Assembly: GCF_006345805.1 (NCBI RefSeq)
Contig: NC_043025.1
Location: forward strand, 15,190,001 to 15,254,000
Length of the DNA: 64,000 bases
DNA from: Octopus sinensis
Lineage: Eukaryota
Reading direction: 5' to 3'
The notes below the pieces were generated by a model. The model ran no database searches. It was not told the origin of the DNA and saw only the letters and a list, made by a program, of their open reading frames with translations. Every line of letters starts with the position of its first letter. Within the stretch, counting starts at the first letter, position 1. Positions 1 to 14,586 of this stretch are shown in pieces. Both the position numbers and the translations under genes were made by a program.

Positions 1-607
1 TATTACTCCCCTTCAGTCACTCCTACTCTTCTTCTCTCTCTAGATTTTCGCTCTTTCTGTCACCCTCTCGTCTTTGTACCTCCTGCCCTTTCTGTAAAAG
101 TATTTTTGCTTTCCGTTACTTCTACTCTCTCTGTCTCTCCGTCTCTCTCTCTCTCTTCGTCTTTTACACTGTCTCCCTCCCTCTCTACCAAACTCTTCTT
201 TCACTCCCACTGCCACTCTCCCGCAATTCGTCCATCTACACCGTTTTCTCTCCCTCCCTCATTAAGCAATACTGTCTCTCCTTCTCCCTCCCTAACTCAG
301 CCATACTCTCTCTCCCCGTCCCTCACAACCATGTTGCTTCTCTTAGCCTTTCCTTTCCTCACTAAGCCACACTCTCTCTCCCTCCCTCACTAAGCGATAC
401 CAGCTTTCTCTCTCCCTCACTAAGCCACACTCTCTCTCTGTCTATATCTATGTCTATCTCTCTCCATCTCTATACTATAAGACAGATAGCCAGCCATAGT
501 GGTGTGTTGTGTAGATCTCTCTGTCTCTCTGTCCCACCCCCTACAGGGACAGACGTTTCCCTCTCTCTCTCTCTCCTCTCTCTGTTGTTAGTGAAACGGA
601 GAAGGAA

Positions 608-694
608 ATGTCGTCTTTACATTTACCAAGAGTAATTAGTCAACGAGGAAAGACAGCCGTGGAAGTTGAGAGGGAGAACTTCGAGAAAGCTCAG
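608..694 (+). CDS. HIP1: HIP1 exon 1 coding part: [29 protein letters not shown]
   Basis: ATG at 608, donor CAG|GTGAGT at 695, phase 0. Resembles the human LPKVLSRRG..AERESFERTQ segment. Confidence 0.88.
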
Positions 695-1071
695 GTGAGT
701 GACCCCTCATAACAACAACAACAACAACCGTAATAACGGTGAAGATGATGAGAATGATGGCGATGATGATGATGATGATGATTGATGTTCGGGTGATGAT
801 GTGCACACTTTTAATGTATGTAAGTGTGTCTATGCACACATATATATATATATACGTATATATATATATATATATGTATATGTATGTATATATATATGTA
901 TGTATATGTATGTATATATATATGTGTGTGTGTGTGTGTATGTATATATGTATGATACATGTGTGTATATAGACACTTTGCAAGGCAATTGGAAGGTTCA
1001 TAAATTATTTTATACGTAAATGTGTGTATATACTGTGAGATTTATATATCCTATCCTAACAAACGATTCTG

Positions 1072-1118
<47 letters not shown>

Positions 1119-1318
1119 TATATATATATATATGTATATAGCTTGTATATATACAAATTCATTAAATCGTTCTTCATATTATATATACATATATTTGTTT
1201 CTGTCGGTGCGTGATTAATATATGTGTTTGTGTGTAATTGCTCATATATATGGTGCCTAGATACCGATATATAGATGTACAGATAGCTATATATGTCTAC
1301 ATATATATATATATAACC

Positions 1319-1357
<39 letters not shown>

Positions 1358-1632
1358 CAATGGAAGATTGCAGGCCACTACATCTCAGATTGACTTTTAT
1401 ATTCCTCATCAACAGCCAAATGAAATAATTCCAGGCTTGACCTCGACATAATTTGAACCCAGAACAGAGAAATAACGACATTAGATTCCTCCAACAACTT
1501 ATATTGCCCGTCCCATCCTCATATATACACATTATATCATTATATATATATATATATATACATACATATATATATATATGTGTGTGTGTCTTTGTTTCAG
1601 ATTGTAGATATCGAAATAGGCATTCGTATATC

Positions 1633-1702
<70 letters not shown>

Positions 1703-1886
1703 CACATGCGTGCATGTGTATATATTTATTTGACTATATATTCGTGTTTGAATTTGGGTATATATTCGGTCTGTTTCTCTCTCTCTCTCTCACATATTCG
1801 AGTGTGTGCGTGTGGAGACATATATTTTGAAATATACATTCGTGTATGTGTATTTGCCCATAGATGTGTGTATATATGTATATATA

Positions 1887-1926
<40 letters not shown>

Positions 1927-4900
1927 GTACGCGTATATTCGAATGTGTATATATTGATGTAGAGATCCGTGTGTTTGTGTGTGTATATACATACACATAT
2001 CCGTGAATAAGTATATTGTGTGTGTGTTTGTGAATATACACATGTATTCGTGTGTGGGTATACATGTACATATATATATGTGTGTGTGTGTGTGTGTGTA
2101 TTTACACGCACATATAAGGAGTTTGTAGCTGTGAGTGTTTATGTATCACCACCACACGCGCATCTATGTTCTGGAATAAGTTGGCGTTAGTCCTCATCCA
2201 TCCGTCCGCTTGAATATCATTTCACTAACTCCCCCCCCCCGCCTCCATCCCTACACGCATTATAGAGACAAGATAGCCGAGTGGATACGGATTTTGAACA
2301 TGACCTTTTCTCGTGAGTTCAAATCTATTTCGCAGACATCTTTTTTTCTTCTTTTTTTCCTCCATCAGGTATTATGTTTATTTCATTGTCATAACCCCCC
2401 CCCCCTCAATTCGCTTTTCCACTTAACTCTGTTGATCGTGGTTTCATATTGCATGGAAGTAGTGTTCTCTTAAGGATGCTCTGGGCAGTTGCAGGGATCC
2501 CACGTATTCTGGTGCCCTAATCTGGTCTATGTATGTCATGTGATTTGCTGTCAATAAATTCTATAGGGCTCAGCGCAAGGATTTGCCTGGTGTTGTTATG
2601 ACGGACCGGCTCAACAGTGCCCTCTTAAGGCATGGGTACTCTGGGCAAATACCCGGGAGTCTCACGGACCCAGGGACACAATTCTAAACTATGTATGTTA
2701 TATGATTTGCTGTCGATACATAAATAAATGCTGTAGGGTCCAGCGCATTGGTTTACCTGGGAGCATCGCGGATCTAGGGCCCCAGTTCTGATCTATGTAT
2801 GTTATGTAGTTTTCTGTCAATCAATAAATTCTACAGGTCTCAGTGCAAGGGTTTGTCTGGTAGGGGTCTATAATGTTGCAAAGACTGGTCTGCCTAGAAG
2901 ACAAGGAAGGTTTGTTTCTGGTCAATTTATACATGAATCCTCACCTAACACTACATTCAGGTTGTTAATATGATGCAAAGAGCTGATTGCAGTCAATTCC
3001 TTTCCACTTAATCTTTCTTTTTGCAGTGTCTCTGAACATCAGCTTGGAGGTCTTCTTCCATGGTTTCTTTTCCCCTTGCATAGTTGGGAGTAAAGGATTT
3101 GTCTGGGGAGTCAGCTGTGTGTGTGTGTTCTAGCTGATATAAATTTCTATCAACGAGGATTTCCATAATAGGTGGACCCGCATACTGGAAGATCTCGTCA
3201 TTCCTGATCTTGTCAAGATGCAGCAATAACAACAGGTTGCCGATTAGGGGGCCACTACAGTTGGGTAGCTGTGTTGTTGGAATGCAAAGGGCTGCAATAG
3301 ATACCACAAGGCACCTCATCTGATGACCATCTAACATCCCCATTTCTGTTTTTTATAACCACCTTAAACTCTGAAGGGATTAAAGGTAGGACTTCAGCTG
3401 GATTATGAACCTGGGGCACAGAGTGTTAGACCATATCACAAAACATTCTCTCTAACAACTTGGTCTACCATATTTTCCAGACCAAAATTAAGTCAAAGAA
3501 AGGAAGGTTGACTTGTGAATGAAGCAGGATCTGGAAAGACAGGGACCATGTTTGTATGTCAGGTCACTTTCGAGTGCTACTGGTAACATGTAACCCAGTA
3601 CAACCTGTTGCATGGTTGGGCCGTCGGCGACTAAACCGGCAACCCCACCAAGCTTGCTTGGTGAGGAGGGTGTTTATTGGACACCCTGCGGGATGAAAAA
3701 CAAAACCCGTCAAAGGGCAGAGGAACTCTTGAGAGTCAACGGCCATCCAATAAGTGTCTTAAGGCTGTATCATGCGCGGGGACATAGAAATAATCGGACT
3801 GAATACCTGATCGCGCGGTTAAACCATTGGGAGTGAAGGACTCCTAGCCTTTGTTAGGGCATCCTTCTAGGAGAAGGTAACTCAGGTAACTGGGATAACT
3901 CCGACATAAAACCTGTGGCTCAGTGGTTACCGATGATGTTGACTTGTTCTTCTTTTTGGATTATGGCTGCTGTTGCTTAGTGAGTGGGATTGACTCAGTG
4001 CACAGCCTTTCCTCACTTCAAAAAGAATCTTCTTGCACAGGCATTGCATGATAACAACATTGTTTATGATTGTTGATGGTGCTGCGAGTCTCAACTAAAT
4101 GGCTGGCTGTAGCCTTATAAAGCGAATAAAAGTCACATTCGATCACAGCACCAATAACAGTTGAGCTTCGTGCAATGGCCATACTCGATAATGAGGGGGC
4201 AGCCATCATCATGACATGGTTACACTATATACTATGTTAACTTGTATTCTGGGAAATACAGTACCTTTTCATTGATCCCTAAAAAGATGAGAGGCATAAT
4301 CGACCTTGGCAGGATTTCAACTCAGCATACAAGGCATCAGAATAGTTACCACAATGCATCTGACCCTCGAATCGTTCTGCCAGTCTCCACCTAGGATTTG
4401 TACTGTGTTTTCCATCATACTTGCCAGTGTCGGGTAAATGGCACTCATGGAATTGTAATCATAGCTGTTGCTAGTTGCATGATCTTTCAACGTTGGGCCT
4501 CACAGAGGCAATGACGAGTGACCGAGACCATTGGTGATATGCTGTGCTTAAGACTCATCAAGCCAGGTGAAACCATAGTCGTGGCTATTGCCAGTATCAA
4601 GTAAATGGCACCTGGGCTGGTGGCACACAAAAAGCCCCCATTACACTCCTGGAGTGGTTGGCATATTAGGAAATGCATCCAGCCATAGAAGCCATGCCAA
4701 GTCAGACTGGAACCTGGTGCAGCTCTTTGGCTTACCAGTTCCAAACTGTCTCATGTCAGCATGGAGAGCGGATGTTAAATGATGATGATGATGATGATGA
4801 ATTTTCGGACCAAAATTTACAGCCCCCAAAAGGTAGGCTGTCTTGTATGCCAAGACAACTGAGGAGGGCCAAAAATTCCATGTGAAATGCAGCAGGATTT

Positions 4901-5503
4901 GGAAGGACATGATGGTGTATGAGGGTTTGTACTACATACTACATTCACTGGTAGACTAGGGGTGCCGATATAACCAATATCTGGGATTGTAGATACATGC
5001 TGCAGAGTGAAATGGGTGTGTCGTGGTTCAAAGTGAATTTCTTGACCATTCTACCACAACACCTTTCATCCAATGTGGACATTGTTTAATTACATCCCCA
5101 ATATCATCATCATTGTTTAACGTCCGTTTTCCATGCTAGCATGGGTTGGACAGTTTGACCGGGGTCTGGGAAGCCAGGAGGCTGCACCAGACTCCAGTCT
5201 GATCTGGCAGTGTTTCTGCAGCTGGATGCCCTTCCTAACGCCAACCACTCCGGCACAGGTGCCAGAGGTGGCTGGCAACGGCTATGATCGGTTGGTGCTT
5301 TTATGTGTCACTGACACAATAAGCTGTGTCCATGATTGACTACGTTTTCGCCTATGTTCACCACACCTTGCACTTCCATCCATCCCTATTTCTTCCCATG
5401 GTGGGTATTTTGATTAATGAGAGAGATGGAAGATACGAAAATGTTAATTGATCGATACAATTATTTCAATCCAATAAACACTCTTGTATTTTCCATCTCT
5501 CTC

Positions 5504-5555
<52 letters not shown>

Positions 5556-6161
5556 CTTGTTTTCAGTCATTTGACTGCGGCCATGCTGGAGCACCACCTT
5601 TTAGTCGAGCAAATCGACCTCGGGACTTATTCTTTGTAAGCCCAGTACTTATTCTATCGGTCTCTTTTGCCGAACCGCTAAGTTACAGGGGACGTAAACA
5701 CACCAGCATCGGTTGTCAAGCAATGCTAGGGAAACAAACACAGACACACAAACATATTCACACACACATATATATATATACATATATACGACAGGCTTCT
5801 TTCAGTTTCCGTCTACCAAATCCACTCACAAGGCATTGGTCGGCTAGGGGCTATAGCAGAAGACACTTGCCCAAGATGCCACGCAGTGGAACTGAACCCG
5901 GAACCATGTGGTTGGTTAGCAAGCTACTTACCAAACAGCCACTCCTGCGCCTATATATATATATATACTAGCAGAGATACCCGGCGTTGCCTGTGTTACA
6001 TGCAATTAAAGAATTAGACTTTTGTTATATTTTCTGTAATGAACTGGATTACCTATGATTCAAATTTCATCAAAATTACAGATGAGGGTTCTTTCCCTCT
6101 TTACACACCCTATTTGAGTGTTTGATCAAGTGGCTGAGTATTCCATACTGAAAGAAGCCTG

Positions 6162-6231
<70 letters not shown>

Positions 6232-9200
6232 GTGTGTATGTATGTGTGAAGGCGCATGGCTCAGTGGTTAGAGCGTTGAGCTTACGACCGTGAGGTTGTG
6301 AGCTTGAATCCTGGACTGGGCTGCGTGTTGTGTTCTTGAGCAAGGCACTTTATTTCACGTTGCTCCAGTTCACTCAGCTGTAGAAATGAGTTGCGACGTC
6401 ACAGGTGCCAAGCTGTATCGGCCCCTTTGCCTTTCCCTTGGATAACACTGGTGGCATGGGGAGAGGAGGCGGCATGCTTGGGCGACTGCTGGCCTTCCAT
6501 AACCCACCTTGCCCAGACTTGTGACTAGGAGGGTAACTTTCTAGGTGCAATCCCATGGTCAGCGTCATGACTGAAGGGGGTCCCCCCTCGTGTGTGTATG
6601 CATGTATATGTGTGTGTGTTTGTGCCTGTCCTTCACCACCACTTGACAACCAGTATCAGTGTGTTTATGTCCCCATAACTTAGCAGTTGGGCCAAAGAGA
6701 CCAATGGAATAAGTGCCAGGCTTTTAAAAAAAGTATCTGCTGGAGTTGATTCATTTCACTAAAACCTCTCCAAGCCAGTGCTCCAGTATGGCTGCAGTCT
6801 AACTGTTGGAACCTGTAAAAGATAAAAGTTGAACAGTGCTTTCATATTTTCTAAGTAAACAGATCCACAGGGACCAACAGCCCCTCAAACACACTAGCAA
6901 TATAGTTTATACAGGCAGTTTGGGTTCAGTTTGCATAAAAAGGAGATGCATTGTCCCATTCCAAAATAAAAGTATCTTAAATATCAAAAATTCTCAACTT
7001 GATTATGGCTGTGAATAACAGTTTATTCAAAGGATCCACCTTTAGCCTCCACCATGACTGAAGAGTCCTCTGGAACCTGGTGCCTGCATTCCTCACCAAG
7101 TCCCTGGGAAAATCTTCAAGCATCTCCTAGGTCTTGGACACCAGCTTATCTTGGTGTTGAAGGCACACAATTGGGATCTCAATTGGGAAGATTCAGGGGC
7201 CAGAAATAGGGGCTGGTGAAGTCCTTAGAATTTCTCCAAAAGCCACTTCTGACTCTTTCCAGAGGTATGGCAAGGAGCCAAATCCTACTGCCAAAAATAT
7301 GACCTTCCAGCAGCAACCCTCTCCAGCCAGGGTTTGACCACAGTCTCCAGCAGCCTCACATAGCTGTCTGGATTAAGCCCAAGGCCCTGTCCAAAGATGT
7401 GCAGAATTCTGGCTTGCAGATGCAGTGGGAATGCCTGCTGTGTCCCTTCCTGCTGACCAAGGCTTCGTTGTCTCCATTGCAGCTGTCCATGTCGTGTCTT
7501 ATAGCCTCATCAGAGCATTGGTCAGCAATCATGATGTTGGCATTTTGATACCAGGTGCAAATCATCAAGATACAGGTAACTCTTTTCCAATATTCAGATG
7601 GCATCCAGGCCTCCATGGCAGCTCACTTGCTCTCAACTACAGCTTTAATCCTTATGCTCTCCAACACCATTGTTCACCAATACCTCAGGCTGTTCTTGAA
7701 AAATCATCAAATTTATCCCAAACCCCTTGTATGTATGAATGGTTGTAGGTAGGGAGAGAGTGATTAAAACCATTTGTCTGTTGATGGGATCAGCAAAACT
7801 GGTTGTTTGTTTTTGTTTGTTTATTCCTTCTCGAGCCATGCCTGGCTCATAACGTCCGGTTTCCCAGTTTCCTTGGCGTATAGGTTCCCCACCTGGACGG
7901 GACGCCAATCTGTCGCAGGTGAGCTGCAAGATGCAGGAGGAAAGAGTGAGAGAAAGTTTTGGCAAAAGAGTCAGCAGAAGTTCGCCATTACCTTCTGCCA
8001 GAGCCACATGGAGCTTAGGTGTTTCACTCATAAACACACACACATCACCCGGTCTGAGATTCGAACCCGTGATCCCTCGACCGTGAGTCCGCTGCTCTAA
8101 CCACTAGGCCATGTGCCTCCACTAAACTGGTTGACCCCACATCAACTACAAAAACCCACAACCACCTCCATTCAGCCTGATTAAAACTGCTTTTAACTCT
8201 TCACTACATGCTGGGTCACACGTGATGCATACTAATTTGAAACTCATTAAATGTTGTAACGATTCCTTTGCTACAACAAATGACTTTAAAAAAAAAAAAC
8301 CCAGATCTTTCTAGAGATTTGTATTTTTTTTCTATTTACTTTGACCCACAACATACAAAGCAACCTTTCCACCCTGGCCCACCTCTAAAATAGCTTTCTG
8401 GCCCTTGACCATGTCTACTGTTGCAATCATCAAATGACCCTAATTAGATGTGAACCAGAAACCTATATTTCTGATTTGAAGATATTAATTTTCTTATTAA
8501 TTTAATATGTTTATAACATTAGTTAACTAACAAGCTCGTTAACTCTAACAATTACGTCTACATTTAATCCTCATCAGGAGTCATCTTCCCGATCCTAAAT
8601 CAGCTCTCACTGACCTGTGATTATAGCCTCCACATCTCAGCCGTTTTATTCCACCAGCTTCCTTCAGAAATTTTCCAACACATCCAGATGTGTGTCTTCA
8701 TCTTTTCCCTCTTTTATCTTTTACTTGCTTCAGTCATTAGATTGTGGCCATGCTGGAGCTCTGCCTTGAAGAATTCTTCCCAGTACTTACTTTTGTTTGT
8801 TTGTTTCTTTTTTTTTTTTGAAGCCTGGTATTTATTGTGCTTTTTTTTTTAATGTCTGTTTTCTATGCTGTCATGGGTTGGAGAGCTTGACAAAGTCCAC
8901 CCCCTCCTCACCGTGGTGGGGACGCTGGCAATGGGTAGAGTCAGACCTATGCCGTCAGGAACTCCGGTTCCTGGTAGGTCGTCACAAGTACAAGTAAGTA
9001 TAAGTACTGGCAAGGACAGGAGCCACGTTGAGTTCTATAGTCTGTTTTGACTTGGTTTCTACAGCTGGATACACTTCCTAATGCCAACCACCCCACAAAG
9101 TGTTCAGGGTGCTTTTTTATATGGCTCCATCACCAGTATTTTGTACTCACACACACACGACAAGATTTTTCCAGTTTCCATCTACCAAATCCACTCACAA

Positions 9201-10072
9201 GGCTTTGGTCAGTCTGAGGGTATAGTAGAAGACTGAACCCGGAACCATGTGGTTGGGAAACAAAATTCTTAAACACTTAGCCATGCCAGCACCTATGTTA
9301 TAGTCCCCACATTTCAGGTGTTGCCTCTTGCACCTTTCTTCCTCTCATCTGCAGTAAACCCCTCAAGACATTGAGAACTATTTGTGAAACCCACAAGAAG
9401 TAACTAGTTTCCGTTTCGTGGACCTTAGTTGTGAAGCGGTGAAAAGAAGCGTTGTAGTTTTTGTGTGAGCTTAACCCTTTTGTTACAATATTTCTGCTGA
9501 GATGCTCTGTGTTTCTTTCAATTACTTTAAATATAACAAAGAATTTAGTAAAATAACTTAGTTATCATTCAGCTAGTGTTAAGAACATAAATTGTGACTA
9601 AGGTTTGGTGGAAGATTTTAATTCAAAACTTATGAAAACAAGACATTTATACTACAGAACCAGAGCCAGTTTCAACCGGGTTGGTATCAAAAGGGTTAAT
9701 CCCTGGGCCAGTCGGTTTATATCCTGGATGAAGGAGAACAAATGAGTAATTTCACAATTCATATTAAGAAGGGAGTATTACTGGTACGGATAAAAAAATG
9801 AAAATAATGGATCTCCTTGTGGAGGATTTGATGGGGATTTGGCTGCTATTTTTAGTAAGTCGAGTAATTGCATACACCTTGGGTTTGAGCTTGCGTGTGT
9901 GTGTGTATGTGCGTGCGCTTGGAGACTGTGTGGGGATGTAGATTGTGTGTGTGATGATGGTGTCTCTGAAGAGGAGTGTCAGATGTATAAGTGTTTTAGA
10001 AAGATAACACACTACAGACACACAGACTCTCATTAGATTGTGTGTGTATGTATACACACTCGCACATAGATA

Positions 10073-10119
<47 letters not shown>

Positions 10120-12563
10120 TGCACATACATCTGAGTGTATGTATATGTGCCTATGTGTTTGTCTATTGTATATATACATATAGATATCTATGTAAATGTA
10201 TGTATAAATATATATATATATATATGTATATTCAAAATGTGACCTCGTGTGTACCGTTGACGATTTTTTTCTTCTGTCTTCCCTTCTCTGGATCTTTCCT
10301 TCTCCAATGTTTCCGATGAAGAGCTCCGCTCGAAACGTTAAACCCTCCTTTCCTTAGCGTCCAATAATACTATACTTGTTCCACGTCTTCGCATTGTTGT
10401 GTTTTCTCTTTGTATTAACTATATATATATGTATATATATTACGGAGATGTACTCGCATCGCAAGTAATTTGATCTGAGATCGTGTGCTGGAACGAAAAC
10501 AATTGCAGCGTGGAAGGTGTTTGTAAGCCATTTAAGAAACACACAAAAGCCGTTCGATTCACTCCAACATTTAAGTTTAATTTGTCAAAATATTTTCGTC
10601 GGTAAAATCCGCGACCTGTTCACTGACAAAGTCCGGACTTTGTCAGTGAACAGGTCGCGGTCCTAAAGCGACGAAAATATTTCGACAAATTAAACTTAAA
10701 TGTTGAAGTGAATCGAACGGCTTTTGTGTGTTTCTTAAATGGCTTATAAACACCTTCCACGCTGCAATTGTGTATATATGTATATATATATATATATATA
10801 AACAAACATACATAACTATGTATATATGTATATAGCTTTTCCTTTTGTTTGCCTGTTAATGAGTCCAATAATGACCATCTCCTTCAATGGTGACTCTTGT
10901 GGTTACAATACACCCCACTCTTTGATGTAGGGCTTCAGTCACAGACAGGAATATAAAAAGGTTTTCCATTGGGTGGGGGTGGAAATGTTTTCTGAATTCC
11001 TGTCTCTTTCCTTGCTTCTCCTGGCCACCCATTTGACACCTGGGCTCAACCCCCCCCCCCCATCTCCCCAGCTGCTGCTCTTGGTGCCTGTCTTCTTTCT
11101 CCTGGCTGAACCTTGCTAACCCCTCTCTCCATCCCGCTACACACAGTTCTCCTTTCTCTTTCTCTCTCTCTCCTCTAGCCACTCACCACCTCTCTCTCCC
11201 ACCCAACCACATTCATTGTCCTTCTTTCTCTCTCTCCCCTCTCACTCGACCACACTCATTGTCCTTCTCTTCTCTCCTTCTCCCCTCTACCCCTCTCTCC
11301 TCCCCTCTCCCCCTCTCTTTTCTCTCCTCCCCTCTCCCCATCTCTTCTCCTCTCCCCTCTCTTCTCTCCTCCCTCTCTCTCTTCTCTCCTCCCCTCTCCT
11401 CCTCTCTCTCTTTCTCCTGCCTGCACTCAGTGCCCCCTCTTTTTCTCTCCTAATTATGCTTGATCCCTGTCTCCTTCTCTCTCTCTCTCTCTCTCGGATG
11501 TCCACCTTGGAAGTGTTCATGTTACTTCCTTTCAAATGCGCCTTCACCAGGTAACTGGGAGCTTTCTTACTACACAACAGGTAGTAGGGGTTATGACATT
11601 ACTGAATTTATAATCAGGAAAGCAGGATCTGAAATACAACATCTAAAGCATGGATGGATATTCACCATGAGTTACTCGGTGGACCATTGAGATATAACGA
11701 CATAAACAGCTGTGGCCGATGCTGGTGTCACGTAACTGGCACCTAAAGAGCACTGTGGCTGATGTCAGTGTCATGTAACTACCATCCCTGCTGGTGGAAC
11801 ATGGCCTAGTGGTTAGAGCAGCGGACTCACGGTCGAGGGATTGCGGGTTCGAATCTCAGACTGGGCGATGTGTGTGTTTATGAGCGAAACACCTAAGCTC
11901 CACGCAGCTCCGGCAGAAGGTAATGGCGAAACTTCTGCTGACTCTTTTGCCAAAACTTTCTCTCACTCTTTCCTCCTGCATCTTGCAGCTCACCTGCGAC
12001 GGACCGGTGTCCCGTCCAGGTGGGGAACCTATACGCCAAGGAAACTGGGAAACCGGCCGTTATGAGCCAGGCATGGCTCGAGAAGGAACAAACAACAACA
12101 ACGCCCCTGCTGGTGGCACATAAAAAGCACCTTTCATGTGTTGGGCCTCTTGGAGACAATGACAAACGACCGGGACCTTTGGCAATACACGGTGCTTGAG
12201 AAGAAGACCCGTCAAGCCAAGTGAGGTCATAGTCATGGCAGATACGGGTGTCACGCAACTGGCACGTGTGCTGGTGGCACTTAAAAGCATCCGTTACACT
12301 CTTGTAGTGATTGGTGTTGGGGAAGGGCATCCAGCCATGGAAAACCATACCAAATCAGGCAGGAGTCTGGTGCAGCCCCTCAGCTGGTCAAACTGTCCAA
12401 CCCATGCCAGCATGGACAATGGATGTTAAATGGTGATTAAATCTAGAATTTACTCCCAGCTTTGTCCCGTGGTGGATAAGTTGCAGCATCCCTGCTTTTC
12501 TTTCACTTAAAATCATGGGAAAAATAGGGTGACTTATTTATACACAAGTAAATACAGTATATA

Positions 12564-12598
<35 letters not shown>

Positions 12599-12820
12599 CT
12601 GTTGTCTGTGGGGACATATTTTTGTAGTAAAAGGAAATAGCAGTCCTCTGGCTGCTATTTCTAATACTTTCGGTATGTAGTCTAGCAACCTGTTGCAAAG
12701 ACCCTCATTGTTATAAATATATATAATTTTGCCGAATATGGTCCTTTTCCATACTGAAATACTACTTGGTGAAATTTGTTGATTTTATTAAATTAATTAT
12801 ATTTCACCCTTTATCTGTAT

Positions 12821-12859
<39 letters not shown>

Positions 12860-12903
12860 CATACACACAATTATTGTTGTTGATGACATATATGTATAAA
12901 GTT

Positions 12904-12944
<41 letters not shown>

Positions 12945-14542
12945 CCATACACATATATACATATGTATATATTTATACATGTATATATGTGTGTGTGAGT
13001 GTATACATACAAATGCATGCAGATATGCACATAGAAACACGTATGAATATATACACAGCATCCTCATTGTTGATGGTGACGATATGTTTGTGTGTATGTG
13101 TGTGTGTGTGTGTGTGTGTTATATTATGTATTTTTGATTTATTTGTAAAAAAAAAATGGTCTGACTTTTTCTGCTTTGTATTTGTCTCTCCCCCCACCCA
13201 CCCACCGCCATACCATATTCTTCACCCACTTCTTCTGTCTTTCTGCCTTCCTTGAGTACTCTCCACAAAAGCTAAACCACCACCACCACCACCGTTATCT
13301 CACCACCTGCCTGCATCACCATTTCACCTAGTTCTACTCGCGCTTATCAAATAAGGAACTCTACTGTCTGTTTAAACGCCACCACCACCACCACCACTGA
13401 CAACAACAACAACGTCACCAACATCACCTCCACCACCACCACAACCTCTGCCGCCGCCACCACCACCACTGGCAGTACAGACAACAGCCACTGCTGGTAT
13501 GATTCATCCAGTATAAACAGCCATCCGCTATAATAATAATAATAATAATAATAATAATTTTGGTTCGAAATTTTGGCACAAGGCCAGCAGTTTGGGGCAA
13601 CCCCTTGCCCCGTACTCAGCTGGTACTTCTTTTATTGACCCCAAAAGGCCTCTTAGCATTTTGCCTGGTGTGTTAAGTTCTGCCAGCTCACTGCCTTAAT
13701 AATAATAATAATAATGGTTTCTACTATAAGCACAAGGCCTGCAATTTTTTTGGGAGGGAACCAGTCGATTACTTCAACCCCCAGTACATAACTGGTGCTT
13801 AATTTATCAACCCCAAAAGGATGAGAAGCAAAGTCAACCTCAGCATAATTTGAACTCGGAATGTAGCAACAGGTGAAATACCTATTTCTTTATTACCCAC
13901 AAGGGGCTAAACATAGAGGGAACAAACAAGGACAGACATAGGTATTAAGTCGATTACATCGACCCCAGTGCATAACTGGTACTTAATTTATCAACCCTGA
14001 AAGGATGAAAGGCAAAGTCGACCTCGGCAGAATTTGAACTCGGAATGTAGCAACAGGTGAAATACCTATTTCTTTAATACCCACAAGGGGCTAAACATAG
14101 AGGGGACAAACAAGGACAGACATAGGTATTAAGTTGATTACATCGACTCCAGTGCATAACTGGTACTTAATTTATCAACCCTGAAAGGATGAAAGGCAAA
14201 GTCGACCTCGGCAGAATTTGAACTCACAACGTAACGACAGGCAAAATACCACTAAGCATTTCGCCCGGCATGCTAATGTTTCTGCCAGCTCGCCGCCTTA
14301 ATAATAATAATAATAATAATGGTTTAAAATTTTGGCACAAGGCCAGCAATTTTGGGGTAGGGGATGAGTTGATTGCATTAACCCCAGTTTTCAACTGGTA
14401 CTTATTTTATCCACCCTGAAAGGATGAAAGGTAAAGCTGACCTCAGTGGAATTTGAACTCACAACGTAGCAACAAGCAAAATACTGTTAAGCATTTTATC
14501 CAGGAACGCTAGTAATTCTGCCAGCTCACCACCACCAATAAC

Positions 14543-14586
<44 letters not shown>

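Noticed and set aside
636-2111. Many 70-140 aa ORFs rich in I/Y/H/T/V/C here and throughout (e.g. 14583, 24058, 28632, 33506)
   Set aside because: They are translations of (TA)n, (CA)n, (TACA)n and (AAT)n microsatellites, which lack stops in some frames.
3548-3960. GC-richer segment resembling an RTE 5' UTR
   Set aside because: The resemblance is from memory only; there is no second copy or adjoining ORF in the window to support it.
8553-8580. Further CTGATGA-like motifs (8553-8580 minus, about 59990-60030 minus, 60530-60556, 61768-61790)
   Set aside because: GAAA or the stems are missing or too decayed to call as hammerheads.
11798-11870. tRNA gene (also 6248, 8050-8122, 17727)
   Set aside because: A and B boxes are present, but there is no complete cloverleaf or T-run terminator. 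The sequence continues into SINE bodies with tails and TSDs.
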